Positions 59,511 to 64,000 of a stretch of DNA of 64,000 nucleotides are shown here, piece after piece. The position numbers and the translations under genes were made by a program. This DNA is from an uncultured Granulicatella sp. (GTDB taxonomy: Bacteria > Bacillota > Bacilli > Lactobacillales > Aerococcaceae): positions 218 to 64,217 of the forward strand of contig CAURER010000006.1 in the NCBI GenBank assembly GCA_963523795.1. The letters run 5' to 3'. The notes beneath the pieces were generated by a model. That model was not told the origin of the DNA. It saw only the letters and a program-made list of their open reading frames with translations, and did no database searches. The stretch's first letter is position 1; every line of letters begins with the position of its first letter.

Positions 59511-60200
59511 TCAGATAAATTTTTCATAATTAAGTGTTCTTCTATTATCTGCTAAATGTAATAACATAGCATCTCGTGCAGCTACAGCATCTCTATTTTT
59601 AATAGCTCTAACGATTTCTCTATGAGCTCGTATTGTATTTATTTTACTTTGCTCACTCGTAAAGAAGTCATTGTATAAAGTAATCGATTGAATAATAATC
59701 GGTATCAATTGCTGTATCGCTACATTACGACTTGCTTCTGCAATGGCACTATGAAATTGGATATCAAGTCTAAAATGGGCGTCACCTTCTTGGTTAATCT
59801 CCCTTTCAAGTGCTTTCTCCAATTTTTCTAAAACTTCTATTTCTTCTTCAGTAATATATTGAGCTGCTAAACTAGCCATTTGAGGTTCAATTAAAAATCT
59901 AACTTCAAATAAATCTTGAGTTAATTTCATATGATTATCCACTTCACCAAAGCCTAATGGATCCTTTACTGTTGCAGTTAAATTAACAATGTACGTTCCT
60001 GAACCTTGTCTAACCTCTAATATATTTTGAGAAACTAACATTTTTACAGCTTCACGAAGTGTGCTTCTACCAACTTCAAGTTCCTGCGCTAAAGTATATT
60101 CATTTGGTAATTTACTTCCAACTTTTAAATTTTCACGTTCAAAATAGTCAATAATTTTATTGGCTGTGGACTCTACTAACGAAATAGATTTTTCTTTCAT
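59511..60200 (-). CDS. GntR family regulator, FadR subfamily (FCD domain); likely hexuronate regulator
   Basis: 229 aa. HTH LPNEYTLAQELEVGRSTLREAVKML plus an all-helical FCD domain. Embedded in the uidA-uxaC locus. Confidence 0.85.
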   Translation of the reverse strand: MKEKSISLVESTANKIIDYFERENLKVGSKLPNEYTLAQELEVGRSTLREAVKMLVSQNILEVRQGSGTYIVNLTATVKDPLGFGEVDNHMKLTQDLFEVRFLIEPQMASLAAQYITEEEIEVLEKLEKALEREINQEGDAHFRLDIQFHSAIAEASRNVAIQQLIPIIIQSITLYNDFFTSEQSKINTIRAHREIVRAIKNRDAVAARDAMLLHLADNRRTLNYEKFI

Positions 60201-60268
60201 TCCAATACCTCTTAAAGTGTTTTTCTATATTTTACCAGTTCTATATATTCTTCACAATAAGTAAATAT

Positions 60269-62068
60269 TTATTTTTTATATTCATAATTTGGAATTTCTT
60301 GCCATCTTTTCTTAAACATTTTTACGATTGATTTTGGTTCTCGTGATCTTGAATATAGACCTTTATGATTTCCTTGAATTCGGATTAAACCCGTATTTGT
60401 TTCAAAATCTGCAAAATTCCACACATGTTCTCCAACAAAATGCGGGATTTCATCAAATACTTCATGACTCATTTCATGGAATTTTTCTTGATATTCTTCT
60501 GTATATGGAATATCCCAGTTTGAATGATATCCAGGCAAAGTATCTGCTCCATATTCTGTCATTAGAATTGGTTTTTCAGGATATTTTGTTTGCCACTCTA
60601 ATAATTCTGCTCGTAAACCTTTACGTGCTTTTTCTATTTCTCCATGGTATAAATACCAACCATAGTATCGATTTAAACATAAAACATCAATATAATCCGA
60701 TACTAAATCTTTTTCTGGTGTTGCCATCATAATATTCACAACAGTTGTTGGTCTACTTTGAGGATCTAGTTCTTTTACATATTTTACAAGTGGTTCAAAA
60801 TATTTATCTGCACCTTTTCCTGCACCATCCGGTTCATTTGCAATACTCCATAATACAACACAAGCATAGTTTTTATCTCTTTGAATTAATTCCTTAAGAG
60901 CTAATTTATGATTTTCTGTTGTTTTCATTACTTCCCAAGTTTTAACAACTTTCTTTTCTCCTGGACTCATATCTAAGGCTGCGCTAAAGTTCGCAAACAA
61001 ACCTACAGCTGGAACTTCATCTATTACTAAAAATCCCATACGATCTGCTAATCGCATCATTTCTTCTGAATAGGGATAATGTGATGTTCTAAATGAATTT
61101 GCTCCTAATGATTTCATTAAGTTTAAATCCATTAAATTCACTGCTTCATTAAATCCTCTACCATTCACAAAACTATCTTCATGCTTACCAAAACCTTTGA
61201 AGTAGACTGGCTTATTATTAATTAAAAATTGTCCATCTTTCACTTCAACCGTACGTACACCAAAAGGTTCTTTATATTCATCAATCAGACAACCATTTTC
61301 TACCAAACGTACTTTAGCTGTATATAGATAAGCATCTAGCACTTCCCATCTTCTTAATTTTTGAATATGCAATTGTTCATTTTCTTTACTCTCAGCAACT
61401 ACATTTCCATCTTCATCCAAGATAGATATCTCAACACTAGCATTTTCAGAAGTATGTTGAACATTAACAAATACATCTGCACTATCATCATTCACTTGAT
61501 AAGAAATTTCAACATCTTCAATTCTCTTTTTAGGAAGAATTAATAATTGAACAGGTCTTTGAATGCCAGCATAGTTAAAGAAGTCAAAGTTTTCACGTAC
61601 TTTTTTTACAATTGACCCATCTTCTGCTTTTTCTTCAATATAATTTCCTACAGGTAAGGTACTATAATTTAATTCATTATTCGCACAGACACTAATTAAT
61701 AAATAATTTTTTTCAGTAAGCTCTCTTGGGATAATAACTTCAAACGGAGTAAATCCTCCAACGTGTTCTCCCAATAATCGTCCGTTTACAAAAACTTTTG
61801 CTTGATGAGTTACTGAACCAAAACGTAGTACTGCTTCTTGTTCAGAAGAATATTTAGGAATTGTAAAGGTTCTTTCATACCAGTTATCCCCAATATAATT
61901 TCTTTTTTCTTGTGCTACGCTAATATCATTAAAAGAACTTGGAACAACCATTAATTCATCTGAAGATAACGGCTCATCTACTCCAGGTTTATAATCCCCT
62001 TGTTTAAAATTCCAAATCCCATCAAGTGAATATTTACTTCTAATTTCATTTAATATTGGGTATAACAT
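60269..62068 (-). CDS. uidA: Beta-glucuronidase (GH2)
   Basis: 599 aa. SFRTSHYPYSEEMMRLADRMGFLVIDE, WSIANEP and TEYGADT catalytic regions, as in GusA. Confidence 0.92.
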   Translation of the reverse strand: MLYPILNEIRSKYSLDGIWNFKQGDYKPGVDEPLSSDELMVVPSSFNDISVAQEKRNYIGDNWYERTFTIPKYSSEQEAVLRFGSVTHQAKVFVNGRLLGEHVGGFTPFEVIIPRELTEKNYLLISVCANNELNYSTLPVGNYIEEKAEDGSIVKKVRENFDFFNYAGIQRPVQLLILPKKRIEDVEISYQVNDDSADVFVNVQHTSENASVEISILDEDGNVVAESKENEQLHIQKLRRWEVLDAYLYTAKVRLVENGCLIDEYKEPFGVRTVEVKDGQFLINNKPVYFKGFGKHEDSFVNGRGFNEAVNLMDLNLMKSLGANSFRTSHYPYSEEMMRLADRMGFLVIDEVPAVGLFANFSAALDMSPGEKKVVKTWEVMKTTENHKLALKELIQRDKNYACVVLWSIANEPDGAGKGADKYFEPLVKYVKELDPQSRPTTVVNIMMATPEKDLVSDYIDVLCLNRYYGWYLYHGEIEKARKGLRAELLEWQTKYPEKPILMTEYGADTLPGYHSNWDIPYTEEYQEKFHEMSHEVFDEIPHFVGEHVWNFADFETNTGLIRIQGNHKGLYSRSREPKSIVKMFKKRWQEIPNYEYKK

Positions 62069-62086
62069 ATTGAAATTTCTCTCCTT

Positions 62087-63811
62087 TTATAATTTTGCTT
62101 GCCATTTGTCAGTCCAAACTAAATCATTTGCACACCCTTTAAATTCTGATTTTCCTTCTAATTTATCGATAACAGCTTTTACAGAATTTTCATTTCCATG
62201 ATAAGCATTAATAAATGTTTTTACCATAGTAGCATCATGTAGATGTGTTGTAAAATTTGTTGAAATAAATACTGTCGGAGCTTCATGTACATACCATGGA
62301 ACTTCGTTAGACATTGCTGTTTTCCATTGGATACGATAATTATTTTGAGCACCATAGCCAATAACATTTGCAACAACTAAAGCTAAGTCTACTTGTTCAC
62401 GGTATTCTAACGTTCTTCCTTTAATACGACTATTACCATCATTAACAGTTACTTCATAACCTCTTGCAGTTAATTCATCCACATAACGATTTAATACTGA
62501 ATCATCATTAGCAATAATTCCGCCCTTTTCACCATCTAAATAATACAAGCGTACTCTCTTATGATCAACAGGGTTAATTGGTAAGTTATTTTGTGTATCT
62601 TTCACAAGAGTAATCCCTCTTTCTGCAGCTTCTCTTTGCCACTCAAGATGTTCTTTACATCCAATCACTGATAATTCTTTTAAAGATTTTAATAATGTGC
62701 CATTCTCTTGTTTTTCAGGCAAATGTAATTTAGCTTTCAATCCTAAAATTCTTCGAAGAGCATCTGTCATTCTTTCTTCAGTAATAACACCATTTTTATA
62801 TCCGTTCATCATGAAATTAAAATCTTCTTCCATATTATTGAAGAATAAGAACATATCACAACCAGCTGCAATTGCACCAGGAACGTAATCTTCACGACGC
62901 ATTGCACTACTCATCCCTAACATATGACTAGCATCTGTAATAACTATTCCGTTGAAGTCTAATTTTTCTTTTAATAAATCTTGAATTAATTCTTCTGCTA
63001 AAGTTGCAGGTAAAATATCTTTGTCTTCTAATCCTGGGCATAAAGCTTTTTGGTATTCTGGTAACGCAATATGTCCTGCCATAATCATTTCTACACCATT
63101 ATCAATATGATTACGGTAAACTTTTCCAAATGAGTTTTCCCATTCTTCTACGCTCAACTCATTTACCCCTAAGATTAAGTGTTGATCACGTTCTTCTGTA
63201 CCGTCACCAGGGAAATGTTTTACACAACAAACTACTTCTCTTTCAGATTTTAGACCTTCTACATAAGCATTTGTATACTTAATAACATCTTCAGCAGTTG
63301 TTCCATAAGAACGAGTATTTACAATAGTATTTCTCCAGTTTTGTAGAATGTCTACACAAGGATCAAAATTCACATTTACACCTAAAGCTGTTTCTTCACG
63401 AGCAGAAACTAACCCTGCATGATATGGAACCCAAGTATCTCGGCTTGCTTCTGATTGTGCTCCAGAAGAAATGTATGTCCCACCTTTTACGGCACCATCT
63501 CCACCTGAATCGCAATTGGCTGCTACTAATAAAGGAATTTTTGTTTTAGACTGTAATTCATTAATTAGACCTTGGACATCTTCTGGAGCTCCATTCATGT
63601 AGCGAACTCCACCAATATGATATTTATTCAAAATCTCTTCATTTGATAAATTATTTCCGCTGAATGCATCTCCACCAAAGAAAAATAGGTTTGTAAATAA
63701 TTGACCTACTTTTTCTTCATCTGTCATACCTTCAATTGTTTTTTCTACCCAAACAATTTGATTTTCATCTAAATAGTATGGTTTTTTACTTAAATCTACT
63801 AATTTTGCCAT
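62087..63811 (-). CDS. Glycoside hydrolase family 3 protein
   Basis: 574 aa. KHFPGDG and ITDASHMLG (nucleophile region) motifs of GH3. Specificity unknown. Confidence 0.85.
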   Translation of the reverse strand: MAKLVDLSKKPYYLDENQIVWVEKTIEGMTDEEKVGQLFTNLFFFGGDAFSGNNLSNEEILNKYHIGGVRYMNGAPEDVQGLINELQSKTKIPLLVAANCDSGGDGAVKGGTYISSGAQSEASRDTWVPYHAGLVSAREETALGVNVNFDPCVDILQNWRNTIVNTRSYGTTAEDVIKYTNAYVEGLKSEREVVCCVKHFPGDGTEERDQHLILGVNELSVEEWENSFGKVYRNHIDNGVEMIMAGHIALPEYQKALCPGLEDKDILPATLAEELIQDLLKEKLDFNGIVITDASHMLGMSSAMRREDYVPGAIAAGCDMFLFFNNMEEDFNFMMNGYKNGVITEERMTDALRRILGLKAKLHLPEKQENGTLLKSLKELSVIGCKEHLEWQREAAERGITLVKDTQNNLPINPVDHKRVRLYYLDGEKGGIIANDDSVLNRYVDELTARGYEVTVNDGNSRIKGRTLEYREQVDLALVVANVIGYGAQNNYRIQWKTAMSNEVPWYVHEAPTVFISTNFTTHLHDATMVKTFINAYHGNENSVKAVIDKLEGKSEFKGCANDLVWTDKWQAKL

Positions 63812-63824
63812 AATTTATTTCCCC

Positions 63825-63861
63825 CTAAAAATACACTCCGTAAACGCACGTTTACGGAGTG
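63825..63861 (-). terminator. Hairpin terminator/attenuator between the transporter gene and the GH3 gene
   Basis: CACTCCGTAAA (63834-63844) pairs with TTTACGGAGTG (63851-63861). U-run on the minus strand. Only about 15 nt separate it from the GH3 SD. Confidence 0.6.
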
Positions 63862-63871
63862 AAAACTTTTC

Positions 63872-64000
63872 TTATTCTGCTAAAGCTTCTTCTTTAATAC
63901 GTGCAATTTCCATTTGAATTTCTTCCATTTTTTCTTTATTTAATGGATAGAATTTCATCGCAATTACATTACAAATATATCCAAAGATAATGAACCCTGA
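63872..64000 (-). CDS. C-terminal end of a probable GPH-family (glycoside-pentoside-hexuronide) glucuronide transporter
   Basis: My translation of the last 42 codons is SGFIIFGYICNVIAMKFYPLNKEKMEEIQMEIARIKEEALAE*. The final TM plus the KFYPL...I...L tail is typical of GPH symporters. The call rests largely on context. Confidence 0.5.
   Translation of the reverse strand, partial: SGFIIFGYICNVIAMKFYPLNKEKMEEIQMEIARIKEEALAE

Overview
Low-GC Firmicutes chromosome segment, Lactobacillales-like by gene content and order. All protein calls come from motif and family recognition by eye on the supplied translations; nothing was searched. No rRNA, tRNA, CRISPR array, transposase or integrase was recognised.

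Layout, left to right:
- yaaA (partial)
- a maltodextrin module: glgP-malQ divergent from a sugar ABC importer plus a LacI regulator
- small membrane proteins, a MATE pump, rlmD
- an ABC-2 exporter, brnQ, metG, rpoE
- the conserved pcrA-ligA-camS-gatCAB block
- an AT-rich accessory stretch (about 32.2-41.5 kb): a YtrA-type GntR/ABC operon, folT behind a THF riboswitch, and AraC-GNAT-YhcG nuclease
- an OppA-like lipoprotein and an FNT channel
- cdaA-cdaR-glmM
- a complete glucuronide/hexuronate catabolic locus

Most interesting non-coding content:
1. A par/Fst-type type I toxin-antitoxin cassette at 44.25-44.52 kb, flanked by 26-bp direct repeats.
2. A third, inverted copy of that repeat at 47.46 kb. 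It abuts an approximately 1.3-kb insert between the thioesterase gene and glmM. The insert holds an orphan sRNA unit and then a promoter / approximately 190-nt GC-enriched structured RNA / intrinsic terminator / orphan 211-aa basic protein. The RNA has mutually exclusive terminator and antiterminator pairings. This type III TA-like or riboregulated architecture has no family I can name and is my best candidate for an undescribed system.
3. A GC-rich hairpin RNA candidate at 34.38-34.49 kb.

The ORF track uses alternative starts, and several N-termini are over-extended. I re-set starts wherever a Shine-Dalgarno plus ATG/GTG was clearly better. The many antisense shadow ORFs in the track were not called.
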